DNA of 64,000 nt from Balanoglossus misakiensis (lineage: Eukaryota; Animalia; Hemichordata). Under the pieces are notes generated by a model. It saw only the letters and a program-made list of their open reading frames with translations. It did no database searches and was not told the DNA's origin. Position 1 is the first letter of the stretch. Every line of letters begins with the position of its first letter. This document shows, piece by piece, positions 52,274 to 64,000 of the stretch. The stretch is from assembly GCA_040954595.2 (NCBI GenBank), contig CM082588.2:1929027-1993026 (forward strand), read 5' to 3'. The position numbers and the translations under genes were made by a program.

Positions 52274-55200
52274 TCTGGTGGCTAAAAACTAACCTTTCTG
52301 TGGCTTATAATTGAACTATCAAGCAGTCATGGGAAACGCGCCGATCTTTCGGTTACAAGCTAAAAACGGTGGTGACCAGTGCACGATGAGTAGTCGAGCG
52401 CGACGTGGAGTTTGAAAGAGACCGTACCTCGCGGTGACACATTACTACTAAAACATTGTATTTTTACCTGTGACTGACCAACCATGGGCCAACGGACCGG
52501 TCTTGGATGTCATAAAACACTCACAAGTATCGAAACATTTTCAATAGACTGGCTTTGCTTTGTTTACATATGATTATCTTGCAGAATCATTCAGCGTTAT
52601 ATATTTCGAATTTTGTTAACGTTTAACTGGTGAATAACAGACATGTAGTGCTAGTTTTGTGGTCAACCGACAGGTCACGATGCGACTCAAAATAAGGTCA
52701 GAGTCCACTCGTATTTGATGCAGAGGGAGACAGACAGTCCGAAGTTAGAAATTCGGACGAAAACATTTACACGAGGCCTTATTTTTTGCTTTACTTAACC
52801 AGGCAATATTTTGTCTTTGTCTGTGACTTAACCTAATAAGACTAATTCAGCCAAGAGTGTGGAAGACGACAGATGTTATTTTAATTAAAAAACAAGTTCA
52901 CATCAGCAGGTGAGAATAGCAAATTATCGACCCAAGGTACACGCGCAAACGTAATGGCCAAGTTCAAAACATATAATGAAGGATAAACGACGACTTACAG
53001 GGTCTCAGAATTCTTCATTCTGTGTGCATCATTGTATTAGTACAGAGACAAAACAGATTTACCCGTCATACAATGCCCGGACACAATACCCTGAATTAAA
53101 ATAACCATTTCACAAGTATGAGAAAACGAGACGATTCTTTAGTTTTAAGTGTGGTCGATGAATTCCCTTTTTGGTCTTTTTGTTGTAATTTTTGGCGTAA
53201 GCTGGAAAAGGGATTAAACACTGACTTATGAGCATTTCCCTGAAAGGAATTACTGGGTTGCTAAAAACCATAACAAAGAAGACTTTGTTTTGTTTGGCTC
53301 GTCAGCAGTGTGATGTCTGTTTCAGAAAACAAGAATTTCGCGTGACGTAATATTTAAGAAGGCAAAAAATGCCATACTTTTAACAGTTGTAGCTGACATA
53401 TTTCGACCAGACATATTTCCACCGCTTTGGTTTCCCGTGGGCTCTTTTTTTCTCCCTGTGTCTGGTGATTGGTTTCGAAAAAGAAATTATGAAACATTTT
53501 CCATTCAATCACGCATGAACACAGTGCAGAAGGTGATCTCGCTCCATCCGGTCAAGTGTGCCCGTTTTGGACCATTTAAAACCTTGCTCAACCAACCACG
53601 AAATGGAACCACACAAGAAGGGAGGGGACCCCATTAAGATGTTAGCGAAAAAAATACGGGCTTGCAAGATTTGCAAATTTCATTAACTTTGGTGACATTT
53701 CCCCTCACCCGAGACCCCTGGAGGAGATCGCATTTCCGCAGGAGCAAAGAGAGCCTTTTGTGAGACCAGTTTACTTTGCCTTTCACGAGCCGTTGACTCA
53801 AAAACCACCGCTGAATGATCTAGATTGGAGTGCCGTGTTGCCGGCAGATAAAATTACCGCGAACCCTGGTCTGCTGCTTTGATCAAGGGAACTTCAAAAT
53901 TTGACCCGGTCACGGCGTACAAACAAAAAGGATAGAGTGCCCCTGGCTTGGTAGTCAGTTCACGCACAGGCGCCCTACTCATATACACACACCCGTTCAT
54001 GTCACGGTGGTGTTGACTGCTATGATGAAAGAGCGTTTTTCAGTCCATCAAGTCATCTCCATTATCTTGTAAACACGGCATTTTTGTGTGTGTTTCTATT
54101 TAGACGGCAGAAATCAATACTCTCCCACTAGAAATTCCGAAAGCCCACCATGCAACATTAATTTTAAATTCTGGGCTGAAGTGAAGAATTCCAAACACTA
54201 GCCCAACAGATGGTCGGTCAATCTGGGATAGATTAGTGTATTCCCACGATTTTTTCCTTTTGTTTTGTTTTTGTTTGGAAAAAAGTTTTGTCAAAGTTAG
54301 CGGCGGGGTTAGTAATCGAGTCACGGAGAAGTCAACCTTCCAAAAAATAAACCCTGTCAGATTTCACAAAAGGGACCAACGGACAACATGCCAAGTTGAG
54401 ATTTTAATGTTTACGTTGGCTGACACGAAACAAAAACGGTGTAGTTTTTGGGGAACGTGGGTCCATTAGGACGTCTTGTAAGAAAGCCATTCTCTTTGTA
54501 AAAACAACAATACATACACTAGCTGTTGTCACTTTTGGCTCTTGTCTGAAATTATAGTGTCTCCGTAAGTCTATTTGTTTCTGGGGCGAGGTATGTGATG
54601 CGGATCGGATCTTTTTACCAGGCATTTACACGGAACAGCTGTCAGTTTATTTTGCAGAGACCCCCGAAAGAGGGGGTCTTATGGAAAACTTCAAAACAGT
54701 GAAGACGCAGGATTAGGGTGGCGTTACAATATTGCACACAAAGCACACAACATCATATCCCTTTTTGAATGGACTAATTAGAAGCCTAGCCTTTGTATAA
54801 ACAAAGAGGGTCCTGTTATTGCTAAACTTGCCATACGATATGTCTGTGTACCCACAAGCAAACCATTTGAACAGTACCCATAAGCACTGACTTTATGTAA
54901 ATATTGTACATTTTTTGACTTTTTTTGTTTTGTATTGTAATGCGGAAACTGAAAACCGAAAATAAAATGTTGAACATTTTTTTCGAACTTAAAAAGTTAA
55001 CGTTGTTTATTGTGTTGGTTGTTTACTGGTAGACTGGGTGTGTGGAAGGTTTTGATCCGAGAACATATACTAGAAGTTGTACAAAAGAAGAAAAATTGTC
55101 TTTCCACTCGCATCTTAGATTGGTGGTCTGTGGCCCATAAAACACCTTGAGTAAAGATGCTTAGTGTGCTAGGAGAATTTCAAATCCCTCGTCACTGCCA

Positions 55201-58200
55201 AAAATAGGCAGAAATGTTTCTCCCCTTTGTCTGACCGGAAAAGATTATCGAAGATTCCTCGTCCTCATTAGCATGCACAATATGCGACAGTCTCTTGTCT
55301 TCACGCCGGGTGTCTCATCAAAATTGTGCAAATCTCAGACAAGGCGATGAAAGGACGACAAGAGGATTTGCACTAAGCCACAACCTGTCGTTCCCAGAGC
55401 TAATCTGCCTTGACCACAAGATGATAACAGTAATGGTGTTGTTGTCACACCAGCCCCAGCGCAAACGGCACCCCATTTCGGAAACAGCCTACCCTCCTCT
55501 CCCCCCTCTTCTCTCTTTCTGTCTGTCTCTCTCAGTTGAACCCCAAAAACCAGTGGTGCTATGCTGTGTTGTGCAACCCAAGGCTACACACAGATTTTGT
55601 CACTTTATGTGGGTCATCCTTATATAATATATTTGCTTTACTGGTTTTTGATCCTGTCGCGACATTCCAAAGGATCTTGTAGGGCAATTGTGACTGTGGT
55701 TTTGATATATTTTATGAGCCTCAGGTGTGTCTAGCAAACATGAAAACTGCATCAGCCATCATAAACACGAATAAAACGTGTTAATGCGATGATATGACGA
55801 TTTGATACCACCCTCAGACAAGTAAACTATGAGAACAACTTCAGGCATTCACCTTAAAGATGTTTTTATTGATTTTTTGCCAGTTTTCAATACGTCCAGA
55901 AATGTTGGTTTCTGGAAAACAACAGATGTATCAGCCCCCGAGTTTCTCCTTTACTCAAAATATTGACATTTCGTCGAGAAGTGTGGCTTTCGGTGTGGTT
56001 GTTTACGAGTTAAAACGGCTCTAGATTTGCCGCAAGCGCTCGCGAGATTCCCCTCTCCTTAAAGTCGCTTACATAACCTGTTTGCGCCCCCGAAAAATCC
56101 GTCGTTTGCCGGACATTCCTCACACCAGCTCACACCGGTGATATCGATGTTAAACACCGAGTCTAGACTCTCTCGAGGTCGGTTGTATTATATTTCAAAT
56201 ACATGTTATATTTCCATGTACGAGCTACTCAAATCAACATGATACCCTGTCGGGGAAAGTGGCTCTCGATTAGATCCATTGTGGCGAGAAACAATGGGAC
56301 CGGTAAAACTGGTACACCGTGGACAGTCAGGCTGGTCTTTATGGAGGTGACAATTACAAGCCAAGGGTTTTTAAGCCGGAGAAGACACTCTTCGCAACAA
56401 AGACATGGACATCGAAAAAAACATTGCGTCCACCCCACCACTAATTAGGAGATTGCACGTCGTGTACTAGATGGAGGGGAACAATGGTATCACGCCTAAA
56501 TACGGTGATATCACAAAACGAAATCAATATCGTATTATTTCATATAATGAATGTGACATTTGCGAGTATTGCCCCCACCAAAAAAATAACAGCGGATCTG
56601 AATTTCCAGTTGAAGAACCTGGGTCATGGGAAATAAAGCTTTAACACACACGTATCTCTGATTTCACATATTTGGTTGAAAGTGTTCCTGGTCACTACAT
56701 ACATGCTGCGCTATCCTGTCTCGACCGAATCCACACCTCGGAAATTGTACGAGTAACACAAGTCAATCCCGCGTAACCCTTCATCCGATATCGCGATATT
56801 CACAAAATTTACTGTGGGAAAATACGAAAAAAGGAAAACCTCAGTCTTTTCGGGCGGAAAGTTCTTTCCTGGGTATTACCAATTCTCACGTAACAGTTAG
56901 CGCACCAGACATGTATCATACATGTTGTGGGCGGTGAATTTGCATATGTTTTGGCCTGTACGTCTAAAATAATATCTCTTTTTCACTATGGATTCTTCAT
57001 TGTCTTGTCTGGTCTCAATTGAAAACGATTGTTATAGAACCGCCAGAAGAAACAAAGCATTTGCCTGTTATATAGCGGGTAATAAAAAATGTAACGATTC
57101 TTGCTGAATAAATTTGATGATTATAAACCGAAACAAAAAATGAGGAATTTTCTAAAGCACCGCAAAGGCAACCATTAACCTTTCATGGAAACATGCTGGC
57201 GTTTACAACGGGCCTTTTCGATTCCCGTGAGGTCAGAATTTTAATGTCACTTTTTATGGGGAATTGAAGAGGTCTGATGGTCACTTGGGGTGGCTTACTC
57301 TTTGAATTTCTCCGCTCGTTGTTAAAGTCGTAACAAAGTCGTTAACTGCAAACCAAAGACGCTGGAAATGACGCACCCTCTTACGGCCTACATTGAAGGT
57401 TCAATACAAAGAGCGGCATTGATGTTCGGCTCTCGAAAAACGAAAGCGACAATGGATTTTATTTATTTTTCATTCGGTTCTTCTTTGTTTTACACCGGCG
57501 GAACATCACCTTGTTTCGGAATGAACTTTGCCAGGTGTGCGGCAGACAATCTAAGTCAACAAACATGTCAACAGACAACCTGATTTAGCCTGTGCTAACA
57601 ATCATCACTTTTGTTGCACCGCGCGGCTTTTTTGTTAATCCAATGTTGCTTCGGAGTACGGCCCTTGCAGGCAATTTTTTTTTCTGACCCTCTCTTCCGT
57701 ACCCATCCCTTTGAGAATTCTCTGTTATGTCTCCGACAAGTGGGCTTCCCGTCCCCCTTCGAGGCAGCTTTAGCTCTCCTTGACGCGGCGGCACTCTTTT
57801 GATCGAAGCCGATGGTCTAACATGACGTGTTCTGGACCAGATGTCTCGATATCGACTGACCACTTCTCAGAACAACACGCACTTTAGGCCCAGAACTTGA
57901 CCATCTAATCAACACCTGCTTGAGATATTCACTGATTGAAGATCACTCAACACCTTTTATTTTCATAGTTTATTCCCTAGTCTTAACACTTTCCTATTGT
58001 CTGACAGAACAGGAAACAGCTCTCCGCGAGCAACACAAGTGATTACGAACAGACTAATTACGTCGATTGTTTTCGTTTTTTTTCAACACATAACCAACAA
58101 AGCGAAAAAATAGAGGCACAGTTGTAATGTTGAGTATTATTCGGCCTGCCACCCGCGGTGGTCACCACCAAAAATGTGGCGATGCAGCTACAAATATTTG

Positions 58201-61200
58201 AGGTTGCATTGTCTTTAATTCACAAGATAATGGATTACCAGGAAGATAGCCATGGGAATAACGCAACGTGCACGACAGCGGGATCTTTTGTCTGCACGGA
58301 CGAAGGTGTCGACACGCCGCACAGCAAGTACTTGCTAATTCTGCCAAACTACAACAAAATTGCAGATCAAGACAATCCGAAAGAAAAACACGCCCGTAAA
58401 ACAAAACCGATCGATGGAAAATTACATGTACAGCCTAAAAATAAAGATGGCGTCACTTTTGCGCCAGCTGTTGTCAGCACACGGCGAATCTTAGCGCTTC
58501 TCCGCAAGGAATGTTACACTTTCCTTTTCTTCGTATGGGATTTTTTCCACCTGTGGGATTTCATTTGTGTTGGAATTACTGTTCAATGGCACCGGACAAT
58601 TATTTCTGCCCATGCGATTCATGACCCTGATCGAAGTGGCGGTTTTCTCCCGACATGTTCGAGCACATTTTGTCATGCCAAATTAAATTCGATTTCCAAC
58701 AAGAATGCAGCTATGTTTCTTCCCATGATAAGACTCCAAGCAGAGCTCGTTGAAAAATGATAAACTGTGTGGCCAACGAAAGGTGGAAAAAATAACACCA
58801 ACCCGTTTATTAAATTATGACGTGAGAGGAATAAATTCCAACACCTTCCGAAGATATCATAAATAGCTCAATATACCCGCCATTTCTGTTGGACAAACAT
58901 CCTGGCTTTGTCGGCATCTCCTGTGCTTGTAAAACCGAAATAAAACCTGTAAAATGAAGAATAACCGAACCTCCAAATCAGAATCATCTCCCCACCCCGA
59001 CAGAGAAAACACTCAGTAGTTTCCTCCATCATGATTGCCCCCAGAGCTTTTACTCTGTGACACAAAAAACACAGATCAGTAAATCTCACTGAACCGATAT
59101 CGGAGATAAATAATTTATGGTCGGAGCTAGCTACTATTCCATCGATTGGTTGTGCTATATTTATTTTGCAGCGATTCATGTCATAAACTAATTATTTGCT
59201 AATTTAAAGCAACTTTAATTATCTATAATTAAGAGTGTTGTTCTACTATACTCATTCCATTGAAATTCCAAGTAGCCGCATCAATGCGCCGTGACAAGCT
59301 AGAGCGGCTGTCTTTGAAATGGGTCAAACGATTCCCCTGGTTATCACGATAATATTTGTCACGTGACATTTTATTGGGTGGATCAGTCAGGTGAGTTGGC
59401 GGTTGCTTGACACAACATAGGGAATAAATATTACCAATATGAATTGGAATCATATACATATGTATATATGAATTATCAAACCGTTTGTTGTACGTGTTCA
59501 CCTATCGAACAAATACATGTACGTCACGGTTGTCTACTGTGCCACGCTTCTTCGCACAAAACTAGCTCAGTACATTCGGCAATATGTCATAAGCACTTCA
59601 AATGTTGGGTTTATTTTGGACTGCAGCTACCCATATGTTTTTTATAATGTTTTGACGTTTTAATTACAGTCAGGAGTGTGTCCTGATGGAACACGTGTGG
59701 CACCGAAATGACACGGAATTAAACAGTGTTGAGAAGCGGCGTTTGAAGACATATGTTTTTCACAGCTGACCCTTTGTTTCCGTGCATAGACAAATTATAA
59801 AGATCTATTGTTTATATATATAGAAATATCATAAATATGGACCTTTGAATATAATAGGGGGTAACTATTTATATGTTTATATTTATTGAAACTCCACAAA
59901 GACAGTCTATAATAAGGATGCCTTCAGAACCATTCCCGATGTAAACTGATCCCTACATGTAATAATCATTCGTCAACGCATGTCCCAGTAGACACAGCAA
60001 CATAAAGGCTTCTTAAGTTCTGGCAACTTTAATTTAAAAGAAAATGAGAACAAAGTAATTCAGGGTTCTCGTATTACATCTGAACCTATATAAAGTGCAG
60101 CAAATTCTTTGTTAATCACTGAAATATTTACTGGTTAATCCATTTGATTTCAGTAAAGCTATATGCGCGCTTTTAATTAACAACAACCTGTTAATAAATG
60201 CAATCTATATACACTATGTGTTGTATTCACAGTAAAATTGACGGCGTTAGCAAAACTATTTAATCTTAAAATCGTTAAATTTACTACCGATTTCACACGT
60301 GCTTTTGCGAATTATCTAAATGTGTTCGCAGATCCTAGTGCTAAACCCATTGTATACGACCGTATTGACGCCCAAAGACGACTATAATACATATCGCGCG
60401 TTTGAGGACCACAATGCAAAAAATGATTAACAGACCACCGATCACACCAACCCATTGTGAAACAAGTAGCCAGCTCGTACACATGAATATATCGGACACA
60501 TTTTTCACGTCTCTCCGTTCCAAACAACAAACAGAACGGTTTAGTTAAATCCTCGATCGCAGGACTAATTCATCATAGTTTGACCGTTTGAATATTCATA
60601 TTCGTGAGAGCCCTTGTAATTTTGTCAGTGGGCTTTTAAACAATCTCGTTGAACAAGTGTGAAAAGCTCGCCTGGGGCTGTCTTCGCCTTTGAATGGTTT
60701 TTCTGTCATGAATTATACATTTTCGTGTTTAAATAGTTTTGAAATTTTGAGACACATCCGTGTTGTATACACATAACGATATTTTTTATTCCCTTGGTTT
60801 TACTTGGCAACAAGTACATAGGGCCTATTCACGTGGCATTGACATACATTTCAGTTAACGAGAAAGTCGAACCGAAAATAACCCTATCAAGGACATCACA
60901 TTGGCCGCAATGAAAGCACCATCATTAATATACGTACTATAAATAAAGGGAGTGCATCTGCAAGGGAGGGCGGTTCAGTGTGTCGTCGTCTGACAATTTA
61001 TGAGATTCAATTCACATTATCACTTTGCGCATCTACATGCCTGATTTGCATATTTCATTACTCAAAGGCTGGTGCATTTTGCCGCATTTTGCTAAAAAAA
61101 GCATAACCTCAATACTGCGGGTGATTGAGTGTACAATTGTAATTAAGATATGATATTGTTTTGTGATGGAAACGTTTTTAAACGACATTAGCGAAATTTC

Positions 61201-63712
61201 GATTCTGCATTTAACCATCTATGTTTTCGTTACGACTCAATCGTGGCACTGGGGTCTGGAAATTTGAAACGATGCCATTCGAAAATTCGAACCGGTTGAG
61301 CACGTGATTTCTAATAGCATTACTCATCTTTCGCGTTGCCATGGGGATGATAACATGAATAAATAATATATTTTTCTCTTTCTTTTGTTAGATGTCATCC
61401 GAAGAGATTAAAACTGCTCTTCGATTAATACTGAGTCTCATCGTTTTTGTTGAATGGCCTGGCGTGTATTTGCCTGTTGTTGTGGAAATCCAAAATTTAT
61501 CGATCGTCGGCGATGGTGAGCCGTTGTCAGTGTCTCGCCAGAATATATTTGCGTCACGGTTTGTGCGATTTTGTGCCCTTCGCTGCATTTTTCATGAACA
61601 ACTCTGACATTTTGCCATTCACGAAAATATCGCTTTAATATCCCGCAAATGTCCCTTTATTCTTTACATACTGCGAAGGTGACCCAGGGTCATTCAGTCT
61701 CTGCCTTGTAAGTTAAATGGTATCCCAGTAAAAGAATACGACCACAGAATGACAGTACGATATATTTTGCACCGAACCCGCAAAAATGACTTAATTTTCA
61801 TCGCACTGTTCGTCAATTTGCATATTGCCCGCGGCGCTCGGCAGCTGCAACCTAATTGCGCATTCTGCCAGCCCATCCGGCGTTTCAAAATCCTCAATAA
61901 ATCACCTCACGTCAAACGGTCGCCATTGGTGACTCTGCAGAACTCCGGCGGAAATGCAAGCTCACCGGCGCAGCGCTGCTAGACACAACACGACCACCAA
62001 ACCATGAAAAATTCAATATATTCATATCCCGAATATAAAATATACAATTTATTATTTCGAATTATCAATTGCTTTATTCAATTATTTATTCATGATGGGA
62101 AACCTGGTTGTTCTAAATGCATGGGACTTTTTGAAAAACACTGTTTACTTAACGGTGCCGCTGTCATGTCTATAAAACAAATCTGCTCCATTATTCTTCG
62201 GGGCTGAAATCCCCACAATAGCCTTCATAAGTAGTTCTGAAGTGACTCAAGAGACTTAGGCCGGGTCAAAGGTCAGATTTGATTCATGCTTTGTATCTCT
62301 CGTCACGGCCTGGTGCGTGCAAGTCTGGCGCTATAGCGGCTATCCTGTTTCCAGTTTCAACTTTTGGTGTAAATGGTTCGGACGATTTAACGTTTACAAA
62401 AGGCAAATGCAAGGTCAAAGTCATAAGAACACTCATGAGTTGTTCACAAAATGGCCTGAATCCATACCCCTACACCTACAGTATGTGGCGCTCGTTAAAA
62501 TAACAATAAGCATAATGTTCGCATTAATACTACCTGCTAGTTTTACCATAGCAATTTAAATAATACTAAAAAAGAATTTAACCCGTGCCTTTTTTACTTA
62601 ACATTGAAAGTCAGTGATGGCGATGAGTTTGTTGAGAGAAGAGATGTTTAGCTCATCACTGTCGCTTTGTAATACGAAGGATGAAACAAAGATGGCTGAG
62701 CTATTACTGATGCGGAATGCGCGACGCGAAATTAAGAAAATCATCATGTTGAGTGCAAATGAAATGCGCAGGGGCGGTGTCCTTATTAATGAAATTTGCA
62801 TTGGTTCTGGTGAAGGCACATCACGTGACATTTGCTGGGAAAGGTCGAAGGGGCACCTGACAGGAACTGTACATGACACGAGGATAGCGTGTTTGGTCTC
62901 TTGGTATACGGCACTCGATATCTCATCCCGGAGGATGATGAGTTCGAGACATGGTCAAGGCCGCCATGTGCCTCGGAGCCAGGCATTTACCCTTGAGCCA
63001 CAGATTTATCTCTCAATGCTTCTCTCCTACCCTGGAGTGACGGATGGGATAAAATGCCATTTTCCTCTTTCGAGTCGCATTTTAGTGTCAAAGCACTGCA
63101 TTGTCGTTTACACAAATCATTCAACCGGAACACTTATCCACTTTCCAAGATGACACCAGAGGCTAGATTTATCTTGTAAGTGTACTTAAAACGCCGTTCC
63201 ATCTTCTGCGACATCATTGCAAATTTCTCATGAGCATTACCTTTAACAACAGTCAAATACTACTATTATCCTCCTGCAGTGTAGTTCGATGCCATTTTGC
63301 AAAGGTGAAGGTAGGGGGCGCTACATCCAAATCCAAAATCGAAATGAAGACTACAGAAGAGATATATTTTAATAGACAAACGCTGAGGGCGCATATTCAG
63401 CCGATCACCAAGGCAACGGGCACAGGCGAGGCAGGTGATCAGAATAAAAGAACGCAAAGCGTTGCTGAGCCATGACAAGTCTGAGATACCAAAATTATGC
63501 TCGTTACTTGGTGAAATTGGCTCTCTACCAAATGTCTTATTAAGATCAGCACCCATGCGAACCTCACAACAAAAACTGCCTGCCTTATATTATTGTAAAG
63601 CTATGCATTGGGGACGGCGAAAGTGACCCCTTTGTTCATAGTAGTCTGAAGGGTCGATGATCCCGGAAGGAGAAACAAGGACAACTTGTTCTCCATTTTG
63701 GATATATCAGAC

Positions 63713-64000
63713 ATGGCTCGTGTGAGGTGGTTTTTGATATCAGTGCTGTGTCTGTTGTCAGCTTCTCGGCCATTGGCTGCCAGTGGTGATTACCTTAACT
63801 GCTCAACATCTGCTGACGATAGGTCTTTGCAAGAAGGAGACACTATCAACCTTTCTTGCCAAAGCCAAGGCGGAGAGCCAAAAGCGGACCTGACATGGCT
63901 GATTGGGGGTCTGGGATTGTCCTCTGTAAGGTCAAACTTCTCCAACACAATAACCACCGAGATCGTACTATCACGAAGTCACAATGGCGCGTTGTTTGTT
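63713..64000 (+). CDS. 5' end of another IgSF family member (signal peptide + C2-like Ig domain); runs off the window and is absent from the ORF track
   Basis: Manual translation of 96 stop-free codons: MARVRWFLISVLCLLSASRPLAASGDYLNCSTSADDRSLQEGDTINLSCQSQGGEPKADLTWLIGGLGLSSVRSNFSNTITTEIVLSRSHNGALFV. This is a signal peptide followed by EGDTINLSC..GGEP.ADLTW..LSRSHNGALF, typical of CD80-like C2-set domains. Confidence 0.9.
   Translation, partial: MARVRWFLISVLCLLSASRPLAASGDYLNCSTSADDRSLQEGDTINLSCQSQGGEPKADLTWLIGGLGLSSVRSNFSNTITTEIVLSRSHNGALFV

Noticed and set aside
54659-54678. Short GC hairpins (gaccccc-gaaaga-gggggtc; also 4210-4271, 45754-45774 and 48737-48753)
   Set aside because: Isolated 6-8 bp stems with no associated element ends, RNA-gene context or periodic array. 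Bacterial-type terminators are not relevant in this eukaryotic DNA.
58158-58760. 200-aa ORF (similarly 44633-45211, 62614-63153 and 30015-30467)
   Set aside because: Most have non-ATG starts, their composition looks random, and they show no domain motifs. One runs through a microsatellite. Likely chance ORFs.
1-64000. tRNA/rRNA genes, CRISPR arrays, autonomous transposase or reverse transcriptase ORFs
   Set aside because: None recognisable by eye. Small spliced exons or decayed TE fragments in the long intergenic regions cannot be excluded without homology searches.

Overview
This is eukaryotic (animal) genomic DNA with no prokaryotic features. It most likely comes from a marine invertebrate, plausibly an ambulacrarian deuterostome (inferred from gene style and the lack of obvious CpG depletion; not verified). 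The window holds a head-to-tail, all plus-strand cluster of six type-I membrane receptor genes with no visible coding introns, separated by 2-21 kb of non-coding DNA. Three are complete 3-Ig-domain nephrin/Kirrel-like IgSF receptors (5075-6466, 27407-29290, 50423-52273). Two more are cut by the window edges (3-404, and 63713-64000, which the ORF track misses). The sixth is an Ig-less mucin-stalk receptor split by a 1-nt frameshift (31137-32118). The ectodomains are paralogous but the cytoplasmic tails differ. Two neighbouring genes share a YEVV..YKSL-x7/8-YMxL cassette containing a consensus ITAM, one gene carries ITSM/ITIM/YDEI motifs, and two end in class I PDZ ligands. This looks like a candidate invertebrate paired activating/inhibitory receptor complex for immunity or allorecognition. 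The function is inferred from motifs only. The other short ORFs in the track look spurious.
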